Source: a bacterium
GTDB lineage: Bacteria > Patescibacteriota > Microgenomatia > UBA1400 > UBA12108
Length of the DNA: 64,000 bases
Direction: 5' to 3'
Assembly (NCBI GenBank): GCA_021788365.1
Contig: JAJYKS010000001.1
Span: 137,962 to 201,961, forward strand
The notes under the pieces were generated by a model. It did no database searches, was not told the DNA's origin, and saw only the letters and a program-made list of their open reading frames with translations. Positions 1 to 9,995 of the stretch are shown piece after piece (position 1 is the first letter of the stretch; every line of letters begins with the position of its first letter). A program made the translations under genes and the position numbers.

Positions 1-660
1 AGGACCGTTAAAAACACCATATAGTACACGTGTAAGTAGATATATCCTTCCCTCGGGATCGCGAAACATTGGAATAAAAAATTGTAACGGGCTGTATGTA
101 CTTGGTTCAATATTTACCTCTATCCTAGCAATAAGCACCATTACCACGACACCAACGAGCGCACCTGCCATATACGTAGCTGTGTATGAATGGGTACGTG
201 ATATAACGTAGGTAATAATTGGTACTACGATAATACTCACTGTATTCATAACAGATGATTTGGTACTAATGTACTTTGTTCCCTCTTCTCCTCGTATTAT
301 TGCTGCGGCGACTAAGCTGTATGCCACCGACTGTATACCGACGCTTGCCCCAGCAATAGTTGCGATCGGGATGAGCATAGTTTCGAGGTTATTTTGAAAA
401 AGAATCACACTAATCGCCTGCAACATACCACAGGCTATGGAGATTATATATACCTTTTGTGCACCCCATTTTCCAACCAGCGATCCAGAAATTTGGCTGA
501 AAATCATAATCGATGTAAATAGTGTTATGTAATAAGTCAAGATACTCGAAGCTTCTTTTGTTTTGTCCCAAATAAAAATTCCCACGAGAGAGCTGAGAAC
601 AAAATCGAAAATTACATATAAACCAAGAATAACGAGGAATGTTTTTTGATTTTTGGTCAT
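1..660 (-). CDS. MFS-type membrane transporter (runs off the window edge)
   Basis: Not in the ORF track. Manual translation from ATG at 660 gives an open, hydrophobic multi-TM frame (MTKNQKTFLVILGLYVIFDFVLSSLVGIFIW...SGSLVGKWGAQKV...) down to position 1. Confidence 0.65.
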   Translation of the reverse strand, partial: MTKNQKTFLVILGLYVIFDFVLSSLVGIFIWDKTKEASSILTYYITLFTSIMIFSQISGSLVGKWGAQKVYIISIACGMLQAISVILFQNNLETMLIPIATIAGASVGIQSVAYSLVAAAIIRGEEGTKYISTKSSVMNTVSIIVVPIITYVISRTHSYTATYMAGALVGVVVMVLIARIEVNIEPSTYSPLQFFIPMFRDPEGRIYLLTRVLYGVFNGP

Positions 661-771
661 AATAATTTGTTATTTCGATGTCGTAGGGTCTTAATCGAAA
701 TTTCTTTTGGTGTGGTGTTGCGATGCCTTGACCATAGGTGGATACTACTATAATTCGAATTAAGGTAGTAA

Positions 772-1413
772 TTATTCCTTTGTTACGTCTACTATGCGGT
801 ACCAATCGTCACGAACTTCTACGTACTGAGTATCGGTGAGTGGAATAATTGGATAGGAAACGGTGTAGGCTATGGGAAGTTTGGTTTCCATATAGGTTTT
901 GCGTTTATCGGCATTGCCCCAGTGAGGAAGGATGGCAAAATTCACTATGCCGTAACTGGCGGTACTACTTAGTCCGCTGTCTGCAGCACTATGGCCGGCC
1001 CGCTCTGCCGTCCTAATATCCGGTCCCACAATGATAGATCCGGCGCTGGTACCTATATAAATGAGACCATTGTTGATGCGCTCGGTCACGTATGAACTAA
1101 ACTTGTTCTCCAGAGAGTGCTTCAACATGTTGAAGGGGTTGCCGCCCTCGACATACATGATCTCGTATTTACCTAGGTCATGGACAATGTCTGCGGAAGT
1201 TTTGCCGGTAATGTCGTAGTCTACGAAATTGAAACCTGAGTTTTTCAACTGGCGACGATTCTCGTTATGCCACTCTAGTTCTTCGGCGGTGTGTTTTCTC
1301 CCAGATAGTGGTGTGGTAATAAAGACACCTGGCTTTTTTGTGTCGTCGCCCAGTTTTTTGGCAATACTCGCGGCAACGAATTGGACTTGGGAGGTAAGAA
1401 AGAGACGCTTCAT
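772..1413 (-). CDS. Peptidase S51 (dipeptidase E)-like protein
   Basis: YVEGGNPF, nucleophile elbow GTSAG, ILPHWG. Confidence 0.8.
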   Translation of the reverse strand: MKRLFLTSQVQFVAASIAKKLGDDTKKPGVFITTPLSGRKHTAEELEWHNENRRQLKNSGFNFVDYDITGKTSADIVHDLGKYEIMYVEGGNPFNMLKHSLENKFSSYVTERINNGLIYIGTSAGSIIVGPDIRTAERAGHSAADSGLSSTASYGIVNFAILPHWGNADKRKTYMETKLPIAYTVSYPIIPLTDTQYVEVRDDWYRIVDVTKE

Positions 1414-2057
1414 TTTTCGCTCCGCACGTCGACAATGCGATACCAGTCGCCGTTTACTTCAACGTATTCATTGTCATTGAGGAGGATGTATGGCACGTCA
1501 TCTGGAGCGTAAATTTCGGCCATGCGCCCGTTGAGATATCTCTCTTTAAACCATGGACTACCCCAGTGCGGAAGAACTGTGAAGTTAACTATGTGGTAGC
1601 AGGTGGTATCGGAGAGGCGTGGTGAGGCATCTGATTCAATGAGATATCCTGGCATTACGGGTCCCGTAATGATGGAGCCTGCGCTTGTGCTCACGTATGG
1701 CCTCCCCGTGTTTACAAAATCATGTACAAAATCGACAAACCCGGATGCACGAGATTGTTGCAGCAGATAAGGAGTATCGCCGCCAGATACGTACAAAACG
1801 TTAATGTCACCTAGGTCTTTATCTAATTGTTTACGCGTTTTCCCGGTTACGGTGTAGTCAAATACCATAAAACCGGCAGAAACCATGGCATCGCGATCTT
1901 CTTTTAGCCAGGACAAATCTTCTTGCTCGCTTGGCGGCTCGACGGGAGTTGTAATAAAAGCCGTTTTTAGTGGCTTGTTGCTACCGATTTTGGAATAGAC
2001 GGAAGCCGCAACCCCGGGAGTTCCAATACTACTTGTCAAGAAAAGTCGTTTTATCAT
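1410..2057 (-). CDS. Peptidase S51 (dipeptidase E)-like protein, tandem paralogue
   Basis: YVSGGDT, STSAG, VLPHWG; C-terminus DWYRIVDV shared with the neighbouring gene; 4-nt overlap. Confidence 0.8.
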   Translation of the reverse strand: MIKRLFLTSSIGTPGVAASVYSKIGSNKPLKTAFITTPVEPPSEQEDLSWLKEDRDAMVSAGFMVFDYTVTGKTRKQLDKDLGDINVLYVSGGDTPYLLQQSRASGFVDFVHDFVNTGRPYVSTSAGSIITGPVMPGYLIESDASPRLSDTTCYHIVNFTVLPHWGSPWFKERYLNGRMAEIYAPDDVPYILLNDNEYVEVNGDWYRIVDVRSEK

Positions 2058-2061
2058 GCGA

Positions 2062-2586
2062 CTATTTTAGCAGCTTGTCCCATTCGCCGGACCAGAATCG
2101 ACGTAGTACGCGCGTCGTACGATCCGCGACCGTGTGCGTGGCGGAGAATTTTGTAAAATCGGCTTCTGTTACCCAAGCATATTCGTCTACCTCACCCGGA
2201 TCTATAGCAATCTTTGCTCCACTGGATTTTCCCAGGAACCAGTGGCAGTAATGTGTTTCGCTTGGCATAGCTACGCGTTCGCGGAATAGGTGGACGAGAC
2301 GGGGTACGTCAAAACCCATCTCTTCTACCAGTTCTTTGTGGGCAGTTTTTTCTATTGAATCGCCGTAGGTGACGTGGCCGGCGGCAGTTGTAACCCACAA
2401 GCTAGGGTTTACTTTTTTTGTGTGGCTGCGGAGTTGTAACAATACGCTACGGTTGTTGTCGACAATAAGATCGGCTATTTCGACATGAAGGTATTTAGGA
2501 TCGCTATTTGCCAGTGTACGAGGAATAACTTGGATAAGGGTTTCATTTCTGTCGACCCAAGCGACCATTTCTCCATCATCGGTCAT
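2062..2586 (-). CDS. NUDIX hydrolase (IPP isomerase-like subfamily)
   Basis: AGHVTYGDSIEKTAHKELVEEMG Nudix box; LQLRSHTKKVNPSLW. Confidence 0.8.
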   Translation of the reverse strand: MTDDGEMVAWVDRNETLIQVIPRTLANSDPKYLHVEIADLIVDNNRSVLLQLRSHTKKVNPSLWVTTAAGHVTYGDSIEKTAHKELVEEMGFDVPRLVHLFRERVAMPSETHYCHWFLGKSSGAKIAIDPGEVDEYAWVTEADFTKFSATHTVADRTTRVLRRFWSGEWDKLLK

Positions 2587-2891
2587 TTCTTTACTTTCGG
2601 ACGGTCGATCTTATCAAGGCCGAGGCCATGAACGACAAAGTAAACGACGGCGGCGATAATCGTAAAGTCGACCAGATTCCCGAGGAAGTCACCCCACATG
2701 AGTCGTACGGGGCCGAGGACGAGGGTAGCGTTTTTTAGATCGCCGACGGCGCCTAAAATGGGGCCGAGGAGCGGGTTGATGATGTCGGTAACCAGCGAAG
2801 TTACCAGTTTGGAGACGGCGCCACCCAAAAGAAAGCCTACGGCAAGTCCCATGACCCCTTGTTCACGAATAAAATTGAGAAAACCTTTCAT
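2583..2891 (-). CDS. mscL: Large-conductance mechanosensitive channel, short form
   Basis: FLNFIREQGVMGLAVGFLLGGA...LVTSLVTDIINPLL...GDFLGNLVDFTIIA. Confidence 0.8.
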   Translation of the reverse strand: MKGFLNFIREQGVMGLAVGFLLGGAVSKLVTSLVTDIINPLLGPILGAVGDLKNATLVLGPVRLMWGDFLGNLVDFTIIAAVVYFVVHGLGLDKIDRPKVKK

Positions 2892-2908
2892 GTATTACAC
2901 TATACTCC

Positions 2909-3718
2909 ATGACACTTAGACTCATCTCGTGTAACTGTTTTGATGTATCGCTTATCAATCGTCGGCGGGCAAAGAAGATCCGCCTTCTTGCTAAAGAACT
3001 CGCTTACCTCGCCCCTGATTTACTTTGCCTTCAAGAACTCATTTCCCACCGACATCGACGCTATATGGAATCACTCCTCACTTCTCAGGGCTACCGTACG
3101 GTGTATACGCCCAATCGTATGCGAACAACAGCCGGTGGGCTATTTTTTGCCAGCCGACTGCCAATCGTGGCACACTATTTTGTTCCCTACGCACAACAGG
3201 GTATAAAAATGTCTATGCAACTCGGCGATCGATTGCTTACCAAAGGTTGCCAAATAGTTCGTGTGCGGGCACATCACGCAACATTCACCATAGTACACAC
3301 CCATATGGCGGACGTATACAACGAGCATAGTACGCGCCAGAGAGCCATACACCATAAGCAACTTACCGAGCTGGGTGCAATTATCTCAACACTTACCCCA
3401 CCACTACTTCTTGTCGGCGACCTTGAAGAACGGACAGGTACTTCTCCCTATTTTCGCCGACTTATTAAAACAACTGGACTTGTCGATGTGACTAACCATT
3501 TGCCAGACCGAATACAGTCGACCAATACCAATGTCGCCTACATAAATGCACATTCTCCTATTCGCGAAGAGCCGGGGAAATATGACTATATCCTCGCCTC
3601 TCCATCTCTCCAGGCAGCGGCAGCTGCGGAACTCATTTTTACTGAGCCGTCTCGGGTTGGCAGACATGATGAGCACTTAACTGACCACTATCCCCTGGAC
3701 TTGACACTTAATCTGTAA
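2909..3718 (-). CDS. Endonuclease/exonuclease/phosphatase (EEP) family protein
   Basis: DLLCLQE, HTHM, LLVGDL, YDYIL, TDHYP motifs. Confidence 0.8.
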
Positions 3719-3837
3719 AAGTGTGCTATACTACCATCTAGTTATTTATGTGCGCTTACTTTTCCCGACGTCAGTGAGTTTTTCCTGAACCGGTACGGCA
3801 GTGAAGTGTTGGCACGAACACAATGGAGGTGCCTATC

Positions 3838-4170
3838 ATGGCAACCAAACTCTTTGTCGGTAGTCTCGCCTGGGCGACGACTGACGATTCATTAAAAAAC
3901 TTCTTTTCCCAGGTAGGAGCTGTCGCATCTGCCCGTGTCATCACTGACCGTGCTACTGGTCGCTCTAAAGGCTTCGGCTTTGTCGAGATGGCAAATGATG
4001 CTGACGCACAGAAAGCCATCCAAGAGCTCAACGGAAAAGAGCTCGACGGTCGCGCAATCGTTGTAAACGAAGCGCGTCCCATGGAACCCCGCAACGGCGG
4101 TGGTTTCGGTGGTGGTCGCCCCGGGTTCAACCGCGGTGGCAATGGCGGCGGGTACAACCGCAGCTACTAA
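3838..4170 (+). CDS. RRM RNA-binding protein with Gly-rich tail
   Basis: RNP2 KLFVGSL, RNP1 KGFGFVEM; GGAGG SD upstream of ATG 3838. Confidence 0.93.
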   Translation: MATKLFVGSLAWATTDDSLKNFFSQVGAVASARVITDRATGRSKGFGFVEMANDADAQKAIQELNGKELDGRAIVVNEARPMEPRNGGGFGGGRPGFNRGGNGGGYNRSY

Positions 4171-4200
4171 GATTCTAGAAATTAGATTTTAGAAAATAGC

Positions 4201-4229
4201 AAACCCCACTTCGTAAGAAGTGGGGTTTT
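4201..4229 (+). terminator. Intrinsic terminator after the RRM gene
   Basis: aaaccccacttc-gtaa-gaagtggggttt hairpin ending in Ts. Confidence 0.75.
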
Positions 4230-4230
4230 G

Positions 4231-4261
4231 TTCAGATATTTTTCAGCTATACATCTATAAT
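4231..4261 (+). promoter_or_regulatory. TTCAG-N6-TTCAG direct repeat plus -10 TATAAT upstream of the response regulator
   Basis: ttcag atattt ttcag at 4231-4246; tataat at 4256-4261. Confidence 0.6.
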
Positions 4262-4271
4262 AGTTAGGTAT

Positions 4272-4955
4272 ATGAAACTTCTGGTCGTCGAGGATGAACA
4301 CAGGATAGCCGGCGCCCTTAAAAAAGGTCTTGAACAGGAGGGCTATATTGTAGACGTGGCATATACCGGTACTGATGGCTACGATATGGCGGCAACGGTA
4401 CCGTACGACCTCATTGTTCTTGATCTTATGCTTCCTGGCATGGATGGTACCACTGTCACCAAAAAACTCCGCGAAGAATCTATACATACACCTATTCTTA
4501 TGCTCACGGCTCGGGGACAGGTGGCTGATAAAGTGGCTGGACTTTCTGCGGGTGCGGATGACTATCTCGCAAAACCTTTTGCCTTTGAGGAACTCTTGGC
4601 GCGCGTACGGGCAGTGACCCGTCGGCCGCGCGAGACGGCGAGCACGGTGCTTTCTGCCGAAGGACTCACTCTAGATATCACGACGTATCAGGTGGCACGT
4701 GACGGAACCTCTATTACCCTCTCTAGCAAGGAATATGCTCTCCTCGAATATTTATTGCGTAACTCTGGCCGCGTGCTCACCAAAGATCAGATAATAGATC
4801 ACGTGTGGGATTACGACGCTGACGTACTCCCGAATACTGTCGAGGTGTATATACGTAATTTGCGCAAGAAAATCGACATCCCCTTCCCGGATAAGCCCGC
4901 ACTCATCCATACCACCCGTGGATTTGGCTATAGCATAGGTACCCCACATGTTTAA
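4272..4955 (+). CDS. OmpR/PhoB-family response regulator
   Basis: VVEDE, LDLMLPG, GADDYLAKPF, winged-helix VEVYIRNLRKKI..TRGFGY. Confidence 0.95.
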   Translation: MKLLVVEDEHRIAGALKKGLEQEGYIVDVAYTGTDGYDMAATVPYDLIVLDLMLPGMDGTTVTKKLREESIHTPILMLTARGQVADKVAGLSAGADDYLAKPFAFEELLARVRAVTRRPRETASTVLSAEGLTLDITTYQVARDGTSITLSSKEYALLEYLLRNSGRVLTKDQIIDHVWDYDADVLPNTVEVYIRNLRKKIDIPFPDKPALIHTTRGFGYSIGTPHV

Positions 4956-6090
4956 GAAAGCACGACTTAAACTGACGGCGTGGTATTTGGCAATCATCAT
5001 GCTGGTGTCTGCCACTTTTTCGGTGGCCATCTATCGTGTGCTCATTACCGAAGTTATCCGCGTAGCCCGCAGTCAGCAAATGCGCATCGAACGACTCTAT
5101 TTCGGCCCCACTTACAATACCACGCTCCCGCCAACTATTTACTTTGATACCGATCTTTTGACCGAAACTCAGCGACGGCTCATTTTTAGCCTCATTCTTA
5201 TCAACAGCGGCATCTTCGTTTTAGCTGCGTCGGTTGGTTATATTCTGGCCGGTAAAACACTGTCTCCCATTCAGGAGATGATGGATGAACAGGGTCGGTT
5301 TATCTCTGACGCCTCACACGAGCTCAAAACTCCACTCACCGCGCTTAAAAGTAGTATGGAAGTATATCTCCGTGATCCGTCGCCCACACTCGACGAGGCA
5401 AAATCTGTTGTTACCGATAGCATTACCGATATCAACCGTTTGCAAGCCTTGTCTGAATCTCTTCTCGCGCTCTCCGCGTATCAGCAGCCACTTTCCTCGC
5501 AGCTATCGCTTACTACGACTACGCTCGGTGCGGCAGTTGCCCAAGCAATAGAGCGTACGCGTGCAAAAGCGGCACTTCGCCACATCACAGTGAAAACTGT
5601 TGGTGCGCCTGCGGCAAAAATGGTCATTCAGGCAGATCCGCCAAAGCTTGCTGACGCTGCTGTTATACTCCTCGATAATGCGATCAAATACAGCAAGCGT
5701 GGAGGCACCGTCACCATCCGAACGGCATTGCATGGAGATGTTGCGATTCTTAGCGTTGCTGACACTGGAATCGGTATTGCCGAGGCGGATCTACCCCACA
5801 TTTTTGATCGTTTCTATCGCGCTGACTCTGCTCGGACACATGCCGATGAGGGTGGGTATGGCCTTGGATTGTCTATCGCCCAACATATTGCCCATCTCCA
5901 TCAAGGTACTTTGATTGCAACGAGCCGCGCTGGTAAAGGGGCGACGTTTACCCTTTCTCTCCCCCGATCTCCCCGCCTGCAAAACATAATCTCTTCACCA
6001 TTCAGTACATTTTCAGCCGTACGGAGTAAAGTGGTCGCATATGCCAAAAAAATTGTCACTCCCCGTGCAACCGTCACCGGGCGCACATAA
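4948..6090 (+). CDS. Sensor histidine kinase
   Basis: Two TM segments, H-box DASHELKTPL, N-box LLDNAIKY, G-boxes DTGIGI and GYGLGL. Confidence 0.93.
   Translation: MFKKARLKLTAWYLAIIMLVSATFSVAIYRVLITEVIRVARSQQMRIERLYFGPTYNTTLPPTIYFDTDLLTETQRRLIFSLILINSGIFVLAASVGYILAGKTLSPIQEMMDEQGRFISDASHELKTPLTALKSSMEVYLRDPSPTLDEAKSVVTDSITDINRLQALSESLLALSAYQQPLSSQLSLTTTTLGAAVAQAIERTRAKAALRHITVKTVGAPAAKMVIQADPPKLADAAVILLDNAIKYSKRGGTVTIRTALHGDVAILSVADTGIGIAEADLPHIFDRFYRADSARTHADEGGYGLGLSIAQHIAHLHQGTLIATSRAGKGATFTLSLPRSPRLQNIISSPFSTFSAVRSKVVAYAKKIVTPRATVTGRT
6001..6032 (+). promoter_or_regulatory. TTCAG-N6-TTCAG repeat plus -10-like TAAAGT upstream of the adaptor gene
   Basis: ttcag tacatt ttcag at 6001-6016; taaagt at 6027-6032. 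Confidence 0.55.
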
Positions 6091-7405
6091 GCCGGAGGTA
6101 GTACCCGTTTCGGCCCTCAAAAAACAGCGGTCTACGCTTTTTGCGCGAATAGCAAAGCTACCGTTCACCTTAAAGATCGTCGGAGCACTTATCATTGTTT
6201 TTGCCCTTTGGTTTGGGTGGAGTAGGTTGCAGGCTGGAAAGGCGGGACAGCCAACCTACCAAACAGCACAGGCGGCGACCGGCGACCTCGTCGTGTCGGT
6301 GACGGGTAGCGGCAGCGTCACCGCAACCAATAATGTGACCGTCTCTACTCAGGCAACAGGAGTGGTAACAAAGGTATATGTAAAGGACGGTGATACTGTA
6401 AAGGCTGGACAAAAGTTGGCAGATCTAGAGCTTGACACCAATGGTCAGCAAAACTATGCCTCGGCACTTGCCAGCTATGAGGGTGCAAAAAATGCTCTTG
6501 CTTCGGCACAGAATGCACTCTACACATCACAGTCTTCCATGCTTTCCAAGTGGAACTCGTACTACAGTCTTGCAACCAACAACTATTATCAGGATAGCAG
6601 CGGCGCACCGCAGCACCGTACCGAACAACCTATTGTCCAGGCCCAGGACGATTGGCTCGCGGCAGAGGCCGCATATAAGCAGCAACAACAAACAATAGCG
6701 CAAGCACAGACGTCTCTGTCATCGAGCTATTTGTCTTACCTGCAACACACGCCATCAATATACGCACCTATTTCAGGAACTATCTCCGGATTCTCCCTTC
6801 AGAACGGGACGGTTGTCAATGCGACGACGAGTACCAGCGGGAGTAGTCTCGCCACCAAAATCGCGAGTGTGGTCACTGGCGCCAAGCCGTCTATTGTGAT
6901 TACGCTCACCGAAGTGGATATTACCAAAGTAAAAGCCGGTGACAAGGCAACCATTACCGCCGATTCCCAGCCAGATAAGACGTTTACCGGTAGAGTAGTG
7001 TCTGTCGATACGGTTGGCTCGGTTTCCTCGGGGGTCACCAGTTATTCTGTCTACCTTAGTCTCGATACCGATGAGCCCGATCTCTACCCCAACATGAGTG
7101 CGACAGCCAATATCATCACAAAAGTAGACAACAATGTCCTCACCGTTCCCTCGAGCGCAGTCACAACTGCAAACGGCGTCTCGACCGTACAAGTGATGAA
7201 GAATGGCGCCCCGCAAACGGTGACCGTGCAGACGGGCGATTCGAGCGACACCGACACTGTGATTACCTCGGGCCTCTCGGCCGGCGACACGGTGGTGACC
7301 GCGACCATTCAGCCTACTACCAGTTCGACCAGTAGCTCACAGCAGTCCGTGTTCAGCTCGTTCGGGGGACGCACTGGTGGCGCCACGCGAGTACTGTCGA
7401 GATAA
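6041..7405 (+). CDS. MacA-like efflux membrane-fusion (adaptor) protein
   Basis: N-terminal TM, lipoyl-like VYVKDGDTVKAGQ, coiled coil, IYAPISGTI, PNMSATANI. Confidence 0.88.
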   Translation: MPKKLSLPVQPSPGAHKPEVVPVSALKKQRSTLFARIAKLPFTLKIVGALIIVFALWFGWSRLQAGKAGQPTYQTAQAATGDLVVSVTGSGSVTATNNVTVSTQATGVVTKVYVKDGDTVKAGQKLADLELDTNGQQNYASALASYEGAKNALASAQNALYTSQSSMLSKWNSYYSLATNNYYQDSSGAPQHRTEQPIVQAQDDWLAAEAAYKQQQQTIAQAQTSLSSSYLSYLQHTPSIYAPISGTISGFSLQNGTVVNATTSTSGSSLATKIASVVTGAKPSIVITLTEVDITKVKAGDKATITADSQPDKTFTGRVVSVDTVGSVSSGVTSYSVYLSLDTDEPDLYPNMSATANIITKVDNNVLTVPSSAVTTANGVSTVQVMKNGAPQTVTVQTGDSSDTDTVITSGLSAGDTVVTATIQPTTSSTSSSQQSVFSSFGGRTGGATRVLSR

Positions 7406-7428
7406 CTCGGATAATTCAGAAAGCCAGA

Positions 7429-8178
7429 ATGCCAAAAAACCAGAAAAATCAGACCGTCATCTCAGTTGAAAATATCTCAAAAGTTTACCAAGTGGGCGAA
7501 GTGGAGACGGTGGCTCTGGATACTGTGTCTTTTACGATCGCCAAGGGCGAGTTTGTGGCGATCATGGGACCATCGGGGTCAGGTAAGTCGACTTTGATGC
7601 ATATCCTCGGGGCGCTGGATACCCCCACATCTGGCACCTATACTTTAGACGGTGAACTCGTGTCCAGCCTCTCCGACGATGAGCTTGCTGATATACGCAA
7701 TCGCAAGATTGGGTTTATTTTCCAAGCTTTTAACCTCCTTCCCCGGACTACTGCCCTCCACAACGTGATGTTGCCCATGGCCTACGCCGGGATACCCGTG
7801 GCCGAGCGGGAGGAGCGGGCGGCGGATGCCCTCACCAAAGTAGGTCTTGCCAATCGCATACATCATTACTCTAATCAGCTTTCCGGTGGGCAACAGCAGC
7901 GGGTCGCGATTGCCCGTGGCATAGTCATGGATCCGGCAATTCTTCTGGCCGACGAGCCGACCGGTAATATCGCGAGCAATCAAGCGGATGAGGTGATGGA
8001 AATTTTCCATACCATCCACCGGCAGGGACACACCATAGTGATGATCACCCACGAACCGGATATCGCGGCACATGCGGAGCGGATATTGCATATAAAAGAT
8101 GGAAAACTTGTTAATGATGAGAGGAATACTCAGAAAACTCAGAGGGTCAGAAAGCCGGAGGACCGGAAGACCGGATAA
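7429..8178 (+). CDS. MacB/LolD-type ABC transporter ATP-binding protein
   Basis: [28 protein letters not shown]. Confidence 0.95.
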   Translation: MPKNQKNQTVISVENISKVYQVGEVETVALDTVSFTIAKGEFVAIMGPSGSGKSTLMHILGALDTPTSGTYTLDGELVSSLSDDELADIRNRKIGFIFQAFNLLPRTTALHNVMLPMAYAGIPVAEREERAADALTKVGLANRIHHYSNQLSGGQQQRVAIARGIVMDPAILLADEPTGNIASNQADEVMEIFHTIHRQGHTIVMITHEPDIAAHAERILHIKDGKLVNDERNTQKTQRVRKPEDRKTG

Positions 8179-8183
8179 CATAC

Positions 8184-9407
8184 ATGGATATACGAGAACA
8201 GGTTGTCGAATCATTCAGAACCCTGACCGTGAACAAGTTGCGGACGGGGCTTGCGATCCTGGGTATTGTTATCGGCATCGGGAGTGTGATCGCCCTCATA
8301 TCCCTTGGCCAAGGCAGCCAGCAGATGGTACAAAACCAAATACAGTCTTTGGGCGCAAACCTACTCACCGTGCAACCTGGTTTTTCCCAGTCTGGCAGTG
8401 TACGGGGGGCGGCCGGCGGCGGCACAACACTCACCCTTGACGATGCCCTTGCGCTTTCTACTGACCCCACTATTACCACGGTAAAAAACGTGAGCCCCGA
8501 AGTTTCGAGTAGACAGCAGGTGACGGCTGGGCGCAACAATGCCAACGAGCAGGTTTACGGGGTGTATCCCGCCTATGCCGATATACACAAAATCACGCTT
8601 TCGAGCGGCAGCTTCGTAACAACGAGCGACCTGGCTGCGCAGCGGAAGGTAGCAGTCATCGGCCCCCAAGTTGTTACTGATTTGTTTGCCACCGATGCGA
8701 ATCCTGTGGGACAGAAAATACGTGTTAAGGGCCAAGAATATACCGTCATCGGGGTCACGGCGAGTAAGGGCGGTACCGGCTTCCAAAACCAAGACGCCAT
8801 CATCTATATTCCCCTCTCTACCGCCCAAAAATCCATTACGGGTAGCAGTTCGATAAACTCGATTTCCGTCGAGGCTGCGAGTCAAGACGTCATGACCACG
8901 GCGGAGGACCAGGTTGGCTATGCTCTCTTGAAACGTCATAAAATAGCGGATCCAACGCAAGCCGATTTCTCCATTTTTTCCCAGCAAGACATATTGAATA
9001 CCGCCTCGTCTGTTACCGGTACGTTTACCTCGCTCCTGTCTGGCATCGCCGCAATATCGCTCCTCGTGGGCGGCATCGGGATCATGAACATCATGCTTGT
9101 CACCGTGACGGAGCGGACGCGGGAGATAGGCCTCAGGAAAGCGCTCGGGGCGAAGCGCGCGACCATTATCCGCCAGTTTTTGATTGAGTCCATTATCCTC
9201 ACCATTCTTGGCGGGTGTATTGGTATGGCGTTTGGTGCGACCGTATCATTTATTTTATCCAAGGTTCTCTCGATACCTTTTACGATTACCATGAGTTCTG
9301 TGCTTCTCTCTATCGGGGTATCCGGCGGGATTGGGATTATATTTGGATGGTATCCAGCTAGGACGGCGGCTAAACTGCAGCCCATTGAGGCGCTGCGGTA
9401 CGAATAG
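8184..9407 (+). CDS. MacB-type ABC permease (FtsX domain)
   Basis: GIVIGIGSVI, GGIGIMNIMLVTVTERTREIGLRKALGA, PIEALRYE. Confidence 0.95.
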   Translation: MDIREQVVESFRTLTVNKLRTGLAILGIVIGIGSVIALISLGQGSQQMVQNQIQSLGANLLTVQPGFSQSGSVRGAAGGGTTLTLDDALALSTDPTITTVKNVSPEVSSRQQVTAGRNNANEQVYGVYPAYADIHKITLSSGSFVTTSDLAAQRKVAVIGPQVVTDLFATDANPVGQKIRVKGQEYTVIGVTASKGGTGFQNQDAIIYIPLSTAQKSITGSSSINSISVEAASQDVMTTAEDQVGYALLKRHKIADPTQADFSIFSQQDILNTASSVTGTFTSLLSGIAAISLLVGGIGIMNIMLVTVTERTREIGLRKALGAKRATIIRQFLIESIILTILGGCIGMAFGATVSFILSKVLSIPFTITMSSVLLSIGVSGGIGIIFGWYPARTAAKLQPIEALRYE

Positions 9408-9410
9408 AAG

Positions 9411-9442
9411 TTCAGAATAATTTCAGAAATTGCGAATAGAAT
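9411..9442 (+). promoter_or_regulatory. TTCAG-N6-TTCAG repeat plus -10 TAGAAT
   Basis: ttcag aataat ttcag at 9411-9426; tagaat at 9437-9442. Confidence 0.55.
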
Positions 9443-9467
9443 GTGCTTATAAAGAAGGAGGGGCATA

Positions 9468-9968
9468 ATGGTAGCAAATAAAGCAGTTACGTATGTTTTG
9501 GTAGGAGTCGTTGCGGCCGGAGCGGGGTTTGGCGGGGGATATCTCTTCCGCAATTACCAGCTTGGACAGACCCGTACCCAGTTTGCTCGACAGTTTGGCG
9601 CAGGTGCCGGATCGGCCGGCGGTAGATTTTTGACAAATGGAACCGGTACTCCACGAGCTTCTGGTGGACAAGTCCTACGCATGGGAGGCAGGCCTGTCTC
9701 CGGCGACATAATTGCCGCGGACGCAAACTCCATCACGGTGAAAATGCCTGACGGCAGCAGCCGCATTGTACTCCTCTCCCCCTCGACACAGATCACCACA
9801 GCAACGGACGTGACCCGCGACAAACTCGCGACAGGGGTACGGGTGACGGTATTTGGGACCGACAACTCCGACGGCAGCGTTTCGGCTACCTCGGTACAGC
9901 TGGCTTCTCCTTCGACAAGCTCAGGACCTTCGGCTGCTGCGTCCATCTCGCCAGCGCCTACCCAGTAA
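9468..9968 (+). CDS. Membrane-anchored small beta-barrel protein (DUF5666-like)
   Basis: N-terminal TM, Gly-rich linker, GDIIAADANSITVKMPDGSSRIV...GTDNSDGSVSATSVQL. Confidence 0.6.
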   Translation: MVANKAVTYVLVGVVAAGAGFGGGYLFRNYQLGQTRTQFARQFGAGAGSAGGRFLTNGTGTPRASGGQVLRMGGRPVSGDIIAADANSITVKMPDGSSRIVLLSPSTQITTATDVTRDKLATGVRVTVFGTDNSDGSVSATSVQLASPSTSSGPSAAASISPAPTQ

Positions 9969-9995
9969 CGCCCGGCGCGTATACAATGAGGGAGC

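Noticed and set aside
410-805. 131-aa ORF in the track
   Set aside because: It overlaps, out of frame, a more convincing MFS-like frame (660 to 1) and the peptidase gene; no recognisable motifs.
3771-4157. Antisense ORF over the RRM gene
   Set aside because: Shadow of a clearly real gene; the same applies to the many antisense and alternate-frame ORFs over the ABC, kinase and MFS genes.
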